Notes under the pieces: model-generated
Told to the model about the DNA's origin: nothing
The model's database searches: none
The model's input: only the letters and a program-made list of their open reading frames with translations
Made by a program: the position numbers and the translations under genes
Assembly: GCA_051313645.2 (NCBI GenBank)
Contig: JBNRSN020000024.1
Span: forward strand, 54,870,001-54,934,000
DNA: 64,000 nucleotides
DNA from: Centroscyllium fabricii
Lineage: Eukaryota
Direction: 5' to 3'
Shown: positions 47,554 to 60,360 of the stretch, one piece after another
Layout of the letters: the number at the start of each line of letters is the position of its first letter
Position numbering within the stretch: position 1 is the stretch's first letter

Positions 47554-48312
47554 GGGCCAGAAATTCCAGTCTGCCCATATCGGGTTTAAGCTCTGCGAGC
47601 GCACCAGAGCTTAAACCCGCAGGAAGCAGCCGGTTGCGCTACTTCAGGTTTTCCTATGCCGGCCAGCGGGGGGGTTGGAGTGCCTGCGAGGTCCAGCGCA
47701 GGAAGCAGTGAACTACGGGTTGCGTCCAGTAATTCGTTTTTTTAAAAACTTTTTCTACGGACCAAGACCAGGAGATTCTATGCTGTGAAAAAGCAGTCGT
47801 AAGTATCTGTTTTTATCTGGTAAGTGTGTATTTTATTGATTTTAATTGTTGTTTTTCAGGTTTTTAATTGTTGATAACTTTAAAGACCGGTAAATATTTT
47901 TTTAGACCTGTTGGAAGTTGAAAAAAATTTCTGTAAAGTTTTATTTTTTCTTTAAAATAGGTTATTTGTGTTAGTTGGGGTAATGTTAAAAAAATGTGGT
48001 GTTTTTTAAATTTTATTTTTGAGTTTAGATGTCTTTTGGGCAATCTCTCCTTTCAGAACTTGCACAGATTTCTCAGTGGAAGTTTTGAACGGAGAATTGG
48101 TTCCACTGATTGGCTCCCTGCCAATCAGGTGGTCTCAAAAGCCATCTCGCACTAATTACGCCCCTCAGATGCCCATGAAGCTCGCACGGAGCTCTGACAG
48201 GCTGGGCTAACTGCAATTTCTGAGCGCAAAAAAGCAAACCTGAATATGGGCAGTTCAAGTGCGTTAAGCAGGTACTGCACCCGCACGAAGGCTCCTCTGC
48301 AATTTCTGGGCC
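47554..48312. mobile_element. Non-autonomous TIR element, copy of 39837-40551
   Basis: GGGCCAGAAATT / AATTTCTGGGCC. Confidence 0.85.
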
Positions 48313-49295
48313 AATATATGTATTAACTGTGAGGTTTTTTTTGTCTCCTTTTAACAAGGCTAACTTGTTCTCAGTTTTTATAATTTCTTGTTCAAAACTG
48401 CACTGATACTCCTGAATCCGTGGAACTTGTTTTTTAAACTGAATCATCACAATGTTTGAGGTTGAGAGAGGCCGTTCAGCACACAGTGCTAGTGCTGGTG
48501 CTAGCTCCCCCAACTTTCACACATTTCATTGATTTCTCACATTGTACTTTTAAAATGCCGAAGGCAGCTTTAGAAAGACATTATCACCTCAGTGGCGAGC
48601 TGCTGCGTTACCACATTGACAGCTAGGGCAAGTTTATGCTGCAGCAGATGTTACAATTACTGCAACATCAACCATTTCAAGCATGATATTTAAAAAACAA
48701 CTAAGATAAAACTAATAAATCGCAAGCAGCAGATAAGACCTGAGATGCAATGATGTCATGGCATTGCTGCCCCCTCTTGCCATTATAAATTATGTGGAAT
48801 ATGTTGCTGATACTGACCCTTTAAAACCTAATTGCAATTTACTACCCTTTGTATTTAAATGTAGATGTTATTGGTAGTAGAAGTTTAATAAATGCAAGTC
48901 TGTCTTTCTTTCCCCCCTTCAATAATTTGACTCTGACTGCACGATAGGAGCGATGTGCGATTATCATCAGTTTGACATTGCAACAGGTATAGTATAACTC
49001 CAGTCCAATGCAAAAACAGCATCTTAAAAGTGATCTCTTCAACCCTGTGTGAGTTTCACAGCTTTACTTTTCAATGCTTTTAATGGTATTGGAAGAAAGT
49101 GGTTCCAGCCATGGGATCTTATAGCACTCAAAATGAGCTGTCCTGGAGTTGCAGCTGTTCGATGTGTCCACGCATGCACCTGTGGTGCACTTTTGTCATT
49201 GCCTTCAGTGCACTCCACAGCAGAGAGTTCCTGGTAGTATAACTCCTGTCTGCCTTGCAAAAGTTCATAATCTGCAGCTACCTGTCTAACACCAT

Positions 49296-49438
49296 GGGGT
49301 GAATTCCCGCTGCAGTTCTCCCGCTCGTTCATGGAACCTTCAACAGACGATCTGCGGAAACCCTTAAAAACTGGCGTAACCAATTTGGCGACGAAGTTGC
49401 ACCTGATGAGCGGCGGAACCCTGTGGAATTTCACACCC
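49296..49438. mobile_element. Small MITE
   Basis: GGGGTGAATTCC / GGAATTTCACACCC termini. Confidence 0.5.
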
Positions 49439-50589
49439 TGCATTTGTGGTATTAGCTACAGCTTAAGTAAGATAATTAGATAGGTGAAGGCCTTGGCTCG
49501 GTGGTGGCACTCTCACCTCTGAGTCACAAGCTTGTGGGTTCAAGTTCCACTCCAGCAACTTGAGCAGATAGTCTCGGCTGACACTTCAGTGCAGTCCTGA
49601 GGGAGTGTCGGTGAGTACTAAGGTAGTGTCGGTGAGTACTGAGGGAGTGTCGGTGAGTACTAAGGTAGTGTCGGTGAGTACTGAGGGAGTGTCGGTGAGT
49701 CCTGAGGGAGTGTCGGTGAGTCCTGAGGGAGTGTCGGTGGTGCTATCTTTCAGATGGCATGTTAAGCTGAGGCCGGATCTGCTCTCTCAGGTGGACAGAA
49801 AACATCCATGGCAGTATTGGAAGAAAAGTGGGCAAGTTTTCCTGGTGTCCTGGCTAAAATTTATACCTCAACCAACCACTAAACAGATTAGCTAGTCAGT
49901 TATTTCAGTGCTATTTGAAGGCAAATCAGCTGCTATGTTTGGCTATATTACAGCAGTGACTACACTTCAAAACTGCTTCATTGGCTGTGAAGTGCCTTGG
50001 TACATCCTAAGGGTATGAACGGTGCTATATAAATCGGGGGCGGGGTGTACAATGGGTAGCTGACTTGTTGCCACCCACTTCCTGCCCAGTGGGAACAGGT
50101 AAAATTGACCCTTATGATTCTGCACTTTATTTTTGGAACAAAAAGCAAGGCTGCCAAATACCATGCTAACATACAAGCTGGTGACTCCTGCTACCACTGC
50201 GTGTCCCTCGAAATCCAGGCTCTTCATTTCAGGCACTAGCTGAAAAAAGCCTAACCTCCCCACCCCTCCACCCCCGTAAAAGGAAAACAAAAGATAATCC
50301 ACAAAAGCTATTTTAAAACAGACCTGCACGATGTGCTGCCTGTCATCATGAACAAGCTGGACATGCAGGGAATGGAACCCTTATCTATTGAGTAAGATAC
50401 CATGCTGGTGATGGGGAACATGCAAGGCAATATGGGTGCAGTGTCTGGTACCTTAGATTCTGTGGATGGCTGCAGCGTGGGATGAAACCCATCTCACAGA
50501 TTAGTCAAAGTGCTTGGAACAGATGAATGGGTTTTCCAAGAAGGAGTCAAGCCATTCTATTGAATGACAAGCATCCTGTGGGGGTGTTT

Positions 50590-51265
50590 ACAACCCTTTA
50601 TCAGAAAACCTCGGGACCGGGCGGGTCTCGGTTTTCGGATAAATACAGTTTTTAGAGTTGGCCCCAGTGCGCATGGGCAGATCGCATGCGCATTTCCGTG
50701 TTTGCGGCCCAGCTCACAGTCGGGGACGGCATATCGACCATTTAGAGCGGGGAGTCGGCCGTTTAGATCGGGGAATCGGTCGTTCAGAGTGGGGAGTCGG
50801 CCGTTTAGAGCGGGGAGTCGGCCGTTTAGAGCGGGGAATCGGTCGTTTAGAGCGGGGGATCAGCTGTTTAGAGCGGGAAATCGGCCGTTTATAGCAGGGA
50901 ATCGGCCGTTTAGAGCGGGGAATCAGTCGTTTAGAGCGGGGGATCAGCTGTTTAGAGCGGGAAATCGGCCATTTAGAGCGGGGAATCGGTCGTTTAGAGC
51001 GGGGAATCGGCCTTTTAGAGCAGGGAATCGGCCATTTAGAGCGGGGGATCGGTCGTTTAGAGCGGGGAATCGGCCGTTTGGAGTGGGAGATCGGCCGGTT
51101 TTTCCTCAGCACGGCATCAACAGCACGAGATCGGGGTGGGAACATATTTTTTCTGCTGCAGCTTCAATTTATTTAAGAAAAAAATGATTATGTTGGCGCA
51201 ACCCTGGACTTCGGTTTTTGGAGCTTTTTGGTTTTTGGAGTTGCGGATAAGGGATTGTGTACCCG
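50590..51265. mobile_element. Tigger/pogo-like non-autonomous element containing a 21-bp minisatellite (about 50735-51095)
   Basis: Subterminal ACAACCCTTTATCAG / CGGATAAGGGATTGT. About 17 units of TTTAGAGCGGGGAATCGGCCG. Confidence 0.6.
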
Positions 51266-51926
51266 CATCTGTTTGTTTGGCAGCTGTAATTGTGCGGGCA
51301 AGTGCTATTTTCAATCCTGTGAAATGTAGTTATGAAAAATATTTTTTTTGGTGTCCTTTCTTCTATGATATGTTTAAATTAGAAGTTATATCTCAGGCAG
51401 TATTGCAATTAGATGGTAGTCATTCTGAGGCCACCTTGGGGACAAGAGTAACCAGAGGACTTCATAGTAGCAGAAATCCACCAAGAAGTAAAGGGTCCAC
51501 TTTTGTATTGTGAGTTAGCGCTGGGGAAGCGCCGGTTATTTTTAACATTTTGAAGAGAATAGTAACATTTGCAATTACTGTTTGTATCTGTCTATTGTTC
51601 AATAAATTTCTCTGGCTGATTATAGCTGAGCTGTAGTCTAAGGGTATATTCTTCTGCCTATCAAAGAAAAGGGGATCGCGTGGCAGATTTCTGTAAATTG
51701 TAGCTGGGAGTCCAGGGTTCTCTGGTTGAGCCCTGGGCCTCACTACATCTGCCCAGATATTGGACAGGTAAAGGCATTCTCTGTGGGGGATGGGAGGTCC
51801 GCTTACAAGTGTGACCGAGGGTGCTGAACCTAAGAAAAATATCCACAGTAAAAACACCAAAATATACAACTGTTATACAAGAAGGATATTGCAATGGGAG
51901 CTGCATTCAGTGGATTATATTGGTTT

Positions 51927-52417
51927 TGAAGTGGATTTTTAGAAATCATACTTCGGAAAAGCATGGCATCATGGGTAAGAATAAGTAGCCAAGGCACTTC
52001 TGCCTGACAACAGCAGGCTAAATACATTTAAACTTTGAACAATAACAGGTCAAAGGGCTCGCTTGATTGATACTGGCCGTTAGGCGATAAGGGAAGTCAC
52101 AAGATAAGCACCTGATGGTTCCATTGTATAAACTTTTGATGTAATTTAAAGAAAGGTCACGTGAAAGTATGAATCATTGTGGTTTGGAGACATAAATACT
52201 GAGATTTGTAAGCAATCAGAGAGATAGGCCAGAACGAGCTATCAGAGCTCTAAGCTGTCTCCCTGAGCAGCCCCCCATAGGTACCTTTGTTTGTCTATAA
52301 CTGTTTGTTAGTCAAACTGTTTGTTGTTGTGTGAGAAACTGTTGGACTATTTGAACCTTAATAAACTGCAACTTTTACTTTACCACAGATTAGATGTGAA
52401 TTTATTTTCACCCAACA
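51927..52417 (+). mobile_element. Probable ERV-like solo LTR
   Basis: TGAAG...CAACA, 4-bp TSD GTTT, CATAAATA near 52190, AATAAA near 52360. Confidence 0.6.
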
Positions 52418-52559
52418 GTTTTAGGAATTTAGTGGCTGCTTTACCATGGATAATCCAAACAAACTTGCATCCATATAACATATTTCAGGTCCTCAGGATG
52501 CCCTACAGTACTTTACAATGATCGGAGTACTTTGTAACTGTTGTTACAGTGAACTTACA

Positions 52560-53046
52560 TAGAGTCATAGAGAGTCACAGAGTTATACAGCACAGAAAGA
52601 GGCCCTTCGGCCCATCGCGTTCGTGCCGGCCATCAAGCCCTGTGTATTCGAATCCCATTTTCCTGCATTTGGTCCATAGCCTTGTATGCTATGGCACTTC
52701 AAGTGCTCATCCAAATGCTTCTTGAATGCTGTGAGGGTTTCTGCCTCTACCACCCTTTGAAGCAGTGAGTTCCAGATTCCAACCACCCTCTGGGTGAACA
52801 TGTTCTTCTTCAAATCCCCTTTAAACCTCCCGCCCCTTACCTTGAAACTATGTTTCCTTGTTATTGACCCCTCTACCAAGGGAAAAAGTTCATTTCTATT
52901 TACCCTATCTATGCCCCTCATAATTTTGTACACCTCAATCAGGTCCCTCCTCAGCCTTCTCTGCTCCAAGGAAAACAACCCCAGCCTGCCCAATCTTTCT
53001 TCATAGCTGAAGCGCTCCAGCCCAGGTAACATCCTGGTGAATCTCC
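52560..53046 (-). mobile_element. CR1 LINE 3' fragment, cut by element 4
   Basis: RRFTRMLPGLERFSYEERLGRLGLFSLEQRRLRRDLIEVYKIM. Confidence 0.9.
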
Positions 53047-54310
53047 TGTGATGAAATATATATACTTTCATCAGCCTGTGTTTCTACCTTAGACTTACCT
53101 GTTTTGTGCGTGTATGTACCGCCCACTTTTCTATTGTATGTATTGGGCTCCGCCCCCTGTCTTTTGCCATATAAAGGACTCCTGAACTGTATGAGTCATT
53201 CGACCTGGAGAACTCAGTGTGGGATCATGTACCACAGTTCTTAGCTATTAAAAGCCTACCTTTGAGTCCTTAAACCTCTCGTTCGTGTTATTGATGGCCC
53301 ATCAATTTTAATAACTAAAACACCGAGATGGATCGACTCCTGATACCAGAACGCTTGGATTTAGACCCCCATGCCTCAGACGCAGCCGCACAGTTCGGAC
53401 ACTGGTTCCAGTGCTTTGAATTTTTTCTTGAAACTTCTGCTGCCACTATAGCAGCCGCAACCACCACCGGGGACGTGAAGCTGGGAATTCTACGAAATCG
53501 GGTGAGCCATCGGGTCTCATCCCTCATCAAAGATGCCGCCGGCTATGAGGATGCCTGCACCACCCTGAATGCCCACTACGTGCGGCCAGTGAACGAGGTG
53601 TACGCCAGACATCTTCTGACTACCCGCAAGCAGCGGCCTGGTGAGTCACTGGAGGATTTCATGCTGAGCCTAAAAGTACTGGGCAGGGACTGCAACTGCA
53701 AGGCTGTGTCTGCCACCATGTACATGGAGGAGCTGATCCGTAACTCCTTTATTGCAGGCCTCAGTTCGAACCACATTCGGCAGAGGCTGTTTGAGAAGGA
53801 GAAACTAGATTTAAAACAAGCTATGGACATAGCGCGATCGCTGGATATGGCCCAGAGGGATGCTGAGTCCTATTCCTCAGGCCACGCGACCCACCCTGCC
53901 TCATGCGCGCCGTGGGGGCAGCCATCTTGGAAGCCATCTTCGCCTCCCAGACTTCAGGCCAGCCCAGCACCATCGGAGTCCCAGCCTCCACCCAGGAGCC
54001 CCACTACTGCAGTGATGCATCGGGGCCCGAAATGTTACTTCTGCGGCCAGGACAGGCATTCCAAGCTTCTGTGCCCAGCGAACGGCACCACTTGTTTCAA
54101 ATGCAGGAAGAAAGGACACTTCAGCAAAGTCTGCAGAGGGAAACCCGCCTCCAGCTCCTCCACCGTGGGGGCAGCTATCTTGGACGCCATCTTGTCCCAA
54201 CTCCACAGACCCCCAGGACCCAATGGTAGCCTCATCACGGTGGATCAATCCAGGCCGCACCCGTTGTCTAAATCAATGATGGACATAAAAGTAAACGGGA
54301 ACAAGGTCAA
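53047..54310 (+). mobile_element. 3'-truncated Mag-like Gypsy element 4 (5' LTR 53047-53304 plus gag)
   Basis: TGTGATG...ATCA LTR with TATAAA and ATTAAA. Sequence breaks off at the start of the protease (MMDIKVNG). Confidence 0.9.
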
Positions 54311-54377
54311 GAGACGGCCCCTAACTGAGATTTCCAGCAAGTCCTTCGACCTGTCACTCAACCCACTTGGGCTTTGA
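53328..54377 (+). CDS. gag: Open Gag ORF (349 aa; last about 20 aa from the flanking repeat)
   Basis: PERLDLDP..FGHW, CYFCGQDRHSKLLC and CFKCRKKGHFSKVC. Confidence 0.85.
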   Translation: MDRLLIPERLDLDPHASDAAAQFGHWFQCFEFFLETSAATIAAATTTGDVKLGILRNRVSHRVSSLIKDAAGYEDACTTLNAHYVRPVNEVYARHLLTTRKQRPGESLEDFMLSLKVLGRDCNCKAVSATMYMEELIRNSFIAGLSSNHIRQRLFEKEKLDLKQAMDIARSLDMAQRDAESYSSGHATHPASCAPWGQPSWKPSSPPRLQASPAPSESQPPPRSPTTAVMHRGPKCYFCGQDRHSKLLCPANGTTCFKCRKKGHFSKVCRGKPASSSSTVGAAILDAILSQLHRPPGPNGSLITVDQSRPHPLSKSMMDIKVNGNKVKRRPLTEISSKSFDLSLNPLGL

Positions 54378-54713
54378 GATTGGCTGCACTCCATTGTGAT
54401 GTCACAATGCACTGTTTCCATAGAAACTAACAACACACAGTCCTTATCCCTGTCAATGAAACCTTCAGCTGTCAACTGCAGCTCTGCCGTTTTCTGACTG
54501 GAATCAGTCAATTGGCAGGGGCTCTGACACGCAGGCAATTAATTGGCCAATTAAGCCAAAATTACTTGGGGCTTCCAGGCCCTTGAACATTCATGACTGA
54601 AACCTGATCTGCCCAAAACCCACCAGCTTCCCACACCTTTGCGAAAATCCCCCCTATGTCTTGTTTTGCACACTTTGTACAAAAATAATAAACTGCAGAA
54701 CAACGGAGTATTT

Positions 54714-55454
54714 GGGGGCTAAATTGGTCAGCCCACGTTTTGTGGCACTGACCTTGGCGCTGTGCTATTTTTAGTGCCAGCTGATCGCTGGTGCTGTTAG
54801 CGGCTAAATTAGCCTACAGCGTCCATAATGGGAGGGCGGGCAGTAAAGCAGGCGGGCCCCCTCGCTCTTGGTGTGAGGCGGCCGAATACCGGGGCGCTGG
54901 TGTGTCGCTGCGCCAAGGAGCGCATAGCGGCGGCCCGTGGTACTGCAGGCCTTCCTTCCCAATTAAAGGGGAGGGGCCTAGCGCGGCTGCGGCCGGAGCC
55001 CTGCGGGTCCGCCGTGGGATGAGAATCGCCAGAAGGGCCCGGCACTGGAGGGAAGTGCTGGGCTCAGTTGCCGGAGGCCTGACCATGCTGGGGGAGCAGC
55101 GGGGGAGGCCAAGGGGGAAGGTGCTGGCCATCGGCCAGCAATAAAAATGGCCGACCGCCACACGCCCCTTTAAGCAACGCTCCCCTGCTGCTGTAACAGC
55201 CCAAAAAGCTGTCGCGGGCAGCGCCCAGTGATAAATCAGTGGGCGTTGCCCTAGTTCAGTCGCAGGCACCTCCCAGGCGCTGCGCGTCTTTATGACATCA
55301 TTTACGTCAGCCAGTTGGGCATTAAATTCATTGGGGTGTTACCAGTTAGCCCCCAACTTAGTGCTCCACTGAATTTCGCGCTGGGCGCTAGCCCTAATTG
55401 TGCATCGCCCGATTAGCGCTAACGGGCCGGCGCTAGACCGCCAATTTTGCGGCC
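54714..55454. mobile_element. GC-rich TIR element (family of 26127 and 38613)
   Basis: GGGGGCTAAATTGG / CCAATTTTGCGGCC termini and shared internal blocks. Confidence 0.7.
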
Positions 55455-55783
55455 TTAAAGTTTAACTCTTTTATTTAGCAATAGGTCTGTGATCTTACTC
55501 AGCCAGCACCACCGGGAAAAGTTTGGCTTTAGGACCCCTGTTCCAGATCGGTCCAAACAGTAGCTGTCCTTGCAGATGCCTGCAGGCCAATGACAATTCA
55601 ATATGCAAATATTACAAATAGCAAGGGCGAAAAGCTGGAAAAAAGTATAATTGAATGGTACTACTTGAAAGATTTTTGGATCTCCTGGGCAGGTAGATGT
55701 CACTGGATGACATGATATCTCTAGAGGTTCTGCTGGACTCTTGTCATCCTTGATAATCATTTGGACCACATTATAAATACTAG

Positions 55784-58700
55784 TGTAGTGCATGCAGGCC
55801 TGAAGAACCACGCTGGAGACAGTGAGATCGGATAACACTCATTTATTGCTTTACTCTGCAGGGGCCAGGTAGCGAAGAGAGTGAGCTACCTGGAACAGGC
55901 TTATTTAAAGAGCCCGCGGTTGGTGACGTCACCACACCGGAAGTCCCGGTGACATCATCACACCGGAAGTCGCGGTGATGTCATCACGTCACTCGATGGG
56001 CGGGGCCGTGCCCCGCAGCAGTCCCGAGGCGGATTCGATGGCTTTGGTGGGCGTGTCGCCACACAGCTCCCCCCCAGAATCTGTGAGGAAGAATAAAGTG
56101 AAAATAAAAAAAGGGAGCATAAAGTTAAAATAAAAAAAGGGAGAATAAAAAATGAGTCTCAAGCGAGGCGTTGAGGTGGCCGGATGATGTGGCCGGCACG
56201 TGTCGTGCGCTGCTCCTTGTTCTGCGTGGGAGTGTGGGCGGGTTTTGGTGCGGGAGGGCGTCCGCGTTTTGGTGGCTGCGCGGGGACTGTTGTCTCGCCC
56301 GCCATTACGTGTGCCGGTTTGAACAGGTCTATTGAGACAGTTTCGGTTCTGTTGCCCATTTTGATTTCAAAGGTCTTAGCTCCCGCCCGAAGCACTCTGT
56401 ACGGTCCGTCGTACGGTGGCTGTAGTGGTGTTCGATGTGCGTCGTGGCGGACAAACACATATTCGGCATTCTTGATGCCGTCTGGAACACGTGCTGCCGG
56501 CTCTCCGTGCCGGGCCACCGGTAGTGGTTTGAACGCTCCTGCCTGGTTGTTGAACTCTTTGAGGCACCGGTCGGCTGACCAGGGAGCGTTGGGTTCTGCG
56601 AGGAACTCGCCTGGTACGGTTAAAGGTTGGCCGTAGACGAGTTACGCGGCTGAGGCGTGCAGGTCTTCCTTGGCCGCTGAGCGCAGGCCGAGCATCACCC
56701 AAGGCAGGCGGTCGGTCCAGGTTGCGTCCTTCAGGCTGGCCTGCAGGGAAGCTTTGATGGAGCAGTGGAACCGTTCGCAGAGTCCATTGGCCTGTGGGTG
56801 GTAAGCGGTGGTTTGGTGCAGGGTTACCCCGAGGTCGCGGGCGATGGTCGCCCATAGTGTTGACGTGAATTGGGGGCCCCTGTCCGACGTGATGTCGGTG
56901 GGTATGCCGAAACGCGCGACCCAGGTGGCGATGAAGGCCCTGGCCAGGTCCGCGGTGCTGGTAGCGATGAGTGGGACCGCTTCTGGCCAGCGAGTGCTGC
57001 GGTCGACCATGGTCATGACGTGCGTGTGTCCCCGTGATGGCGGTAGTGGTCCGACCAGGTCGATGTGGACGTGGCCAAAACGTCTAGCTGGGATGGTGAA
57101 CGTTTCCAGCGGTGCCTTGATGTGTTTGTGCACCTTGGCGCACTGGCAGGCAGTGCAGGCGTTGGTCCAGGCGCAGACATCCCTGCGCAGGCCGCGCCAG
57201 ACGAAACGTGCCGAAATCAGTTTAGTGGACGCGCGGGTGCCAGGGTGGGACAGGCCATGAAGGTTCTGGAAGATGTGTCGCCTCCATGCGTGGGGGACGA
57301 CGGGTCTGGGCTGCGGGAGGGAGACGTCGCAGCGGACCGCTCTGGCTGTGGGCCCGTGTGCTACGGTGGCCAAGTGGAGGCCGGGGAGGTTGGTAGCTGG
57401 GTCGAGCAGAGCAGGGTCGGTTAGTTGGTCGGCCGCCAGTTTGGCGTAGTCGACCGCCGTTTGTACGGAGTTGATGGTGGGACGTGACAGGCAGTCAGCA
57501 ACCACGTTGTCGTGGCCGGCGATGTGCTGTATGTCGGTGGTAAACTCCGACATGGCCGCGAGCTGGTGCTGCTGCCTGGCCGACCAGGGTTCAGAGATCT
57601 TAGCCATTGCAGACACAAGTGGCTTGTGATCCACGAAGGCTGTAAAGTGGCGGCCCTCTAAGAGGAAGCGGAAGTGACGCACTGCGAGGTAGAGAGCGAG
57701 TAGCTCCCTGTCGAAGGCGCTATACTTGACCTCCGGGGGCCGAAGTTGCCAGCTGAAAAAGGCCAGGGGTTGCCAGGAGTTGCCTGTCCACTGCTCGTAG
57801 ACCGCTCCGACCGCGTGGTCGGAGGCGTCGGTGGTGAGGGCCACTCTGGCGTTGGGCCTACGGTGGGCTAGGAGCGTGGCATTGGCCAGGGCGGTTTTGG
57901 TTGCGGTGAAGGCGGTGGTGGCTTCGGCCGTCCACTCAACCGCAGTTTTGTTAGACTGCCCGCGGGTGGCCTGATAAAGGGGTGCCATGAGAGCGGCTGC
58001 TCCTGGGATGAAGTGGTCATAAAAATTAACCATCCCGAGGAATTCCTGCAGCCCCTTGATGGAGTGCGGGCGGGGAAATTCCTGGACCGCCTGCACCTTG
58101 CAGGGCAGGGGTATGGCCCCGGTCTGGGAAATGCGGTGGCCGAGGAAGTCGATGGTTTCGAGGCCGAACCGACATTTGGAGGGGCTTAATATGAGGCCGT
58201 GTTCGACCAGGCGTTTGAACAGGGTCCTGAGATGGAGGAGGTGTTCCTGGGGTGAGGTGCTGGCCACGAGGATGTCGTCCAGGTAGACGAACGTGAACTG
58301 CAAGTCTCGTAGGACTGAGTCCATGCGGCGTTGGAAGGCCTGGGCCGCGTTTTTGAGTTCGAAGGGCATTCGGAGAAACTCGAACAGTCCAAATGGGGTA
58401 ATGACGGCTGTCTTAGGGACGTCCGCCGGGTGCACTGGTACCTGGTGGTAGCCCCGTACCAGGTCGATCTTTGAAAAGACCGTGCAGCCGGGTAGCCTTG
58501 CTGAGAAATCTTGGATGTGGGGTACGGTGTACCTCTCTGGGATGGTGGCGTTGTTGAGGCGGCGATAGTCTCCGCAGGGGCGCCAGCCACCGCCCGGCTT
58601 GGGGGCGATGTGGAGGGGGGAGGCCCAGGGGCTGCTGGAGCGGCGGATTATGCCGAGTTGTTCCATGGTGCAGAACTCGGTACGCGCGATCTCCAGCTTG

Positions 58701-60360
58701 GCCGGGTCCAGCCTGCGGGCGTGGGCATGGACAGGGGGGCCGGTGGTGGTGATGTGATGCTCCACCCCATGTTTGGCCGTACGGGCTGTGAAGGTGGGGT
58801 TGGCGAGGGCTGGGAACTCCGCGAGGAGCGTGCCGTACGTGTCGGAGTTCCGGGCTCGGCAGTGGGACGCTGCGTCGGCCTGGTGTGCCGGCCCTGTGGA
58901 GCATGGGATGGTCGACATGTTGTGGATGTCGACCAGTCGGCGCCAGGTCACGTCGACCAGAAGGCCGTGGGCGCAGAGGAAATCTGCCCCGAGGAGGGGT
59001 AGTTTGACTTGGGCTGTGATGAAGTCCCACAGGTACGTGTGGCCTGCTAGCTTGATGGTGAGCTTGCGGGTGCCGTACGTGACTATTTCGGAGCTGTTTG
59101 CAGCTTCGAGTGGTGGGCCTTGGGTGCCTTGCTTGGTTTCTGCGGGAGAGGCTGGCACGATGCTGTGCTGCGCGCCTGTGTCGCAGAGGAACCGGAGGCC
59201 TGAGCCGCTGTCCGTGACGAAGAGCAGTGTTCCAGAGCGGCCTACGGACATGGTGGGGCTTGAGCTGGGCTGGGGTTTGAAGGTGGAGGGCTGGACGCAG
59301 CGCTGCGCTTTGGCTTCAAATCGGGTGTGATAGTAACACCAGCCGGGGCCTGTTGTGCGCGGCTTTTTGCGGGGTCGCGTTGGCCTGGGTTCAGACTTGG
59401 GGTCGGACCTGGGGTGCGCGTGGCGGGGCTCCGGTGCCGTGGCAGCGGGCTCGCACGTGGCGGTGCGGGAGCGCTCGGCCGTCATCAGCTTGTCGGCCTC
59501 CTCAGCCAGTTGTTCTCCGCCGTAGTGGCAGAGGGTCGTCAGAGCCGGTCTGACAGAGGGGGGCAGTTTGAGGAGGAACAAGGTGCGCATGATGGAGGCT
59601 GGGTCTGAATTCAACGCTTCCATTTGGGCCCAGAGGTCCGATGGGTCTGAGTCCCCGAGTTCGGGGAGGTTGATGAGCTGGCAGTCGCGCTCAAATTGGG
59701 AGGGGGTGAATTTCTTTAGCAGCGCGGCCTTTAGGAATTCATACCTGCCTGCGGTTGGTGCACACTGTATCGTCGGCCACATCCGGTCGACCGTGGTCTG
59801 TGATAGGGCCGCGAAGAGCAGGTTGTAGCGATCATCCCCCTGTACGCCATGGATGCAGTAGGTGTTCTCGATGCAGAGGAACCAGGCCGCTGGGCGTAGC
59901 TCCCAGAACTCTGGCAGAGTTGGTTTTTGGCCGGAGTTCTGGCCCAGTCTTTGAGGTCGCGCTGCTTGGCTCCCTGATGGCATGTTGGTTGGGAGTGTTC
60001 TGGGGCAGCTTGGCCCTCAGTCCTGCAGCAACTGCTTCATTTTGTTCCCTTGGAAGTCGTTCCAAGTACGGGGTCACCACTGTAGTGCATGCAGGCCTGA
60101 AGAACCACGCTGGAGACAGTGAGATCGGATAACACTCATTTATTGCTTTACTCTGCAGGTGCCAGGTAGCGAAGAGAGTGAGCTACCTGGAACAGGCTTA
60201 TTTAAAGAGCCCGCGGTTGGTGACGTCACCACGCCGGAAGTCCCTGTGACGTCATCACACCGGAAGTCGCGGTGACGTCATCACGTCACCCGATGGGCGG
60301 GGCCGTGCCCCGCAGTACTCCCAAGGCGGATTCGATGGCTTTGGTGGGCGTGTCGCCACA
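55784..60360 (-). mobile_element. CsRn1-clade-like Ty3/Gypsy retrotransposon, full length (element 6)
   Basis: 280-bp LTRs at 55784-56063 and 60081-60360 (about 9 differences), 4-bp TSD CTAG, tRNA-Trp-type PBS TGGTGACCCCG, G-rich PPT, CHCC-type Gag motif CYYHTRFEAKAQRC. Confidence 0.95.
56159..59983 (-). pseudogene. gag-pol: Gag-Pol of element 6, single in-frame TAA at 56642-56644
   Basis: LPEFW..PAAWF Gag, CDTGA protease, YLDD RT, TDASD RNase H, HHCC/DDE integrase. The GPY module is in the same frame after the stop. Confidence 0.93.

Noticed and set aside
49039-49443. 134-aa minus-strand ORF as a host gene
   Set aside because: Starts inside a small MITE, has no recognisable domain, and has no supporting neighbouring exons.
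50564-51187. 207-aa RAGNRPF-repeat ORF or CRISPR-like array
   Set aside because: Head-to-tail 21-bp minisatellite with no unique spacers, inside a Tigger-like element; vertebrate context and no cas genes.
56184-59828. Numerous antisense and alternate-frame ORFs over element 6 (likewise over elements 1-3)
   Set aside because: Expected by-products of GC-rich coding sequence, with no independent motifs.
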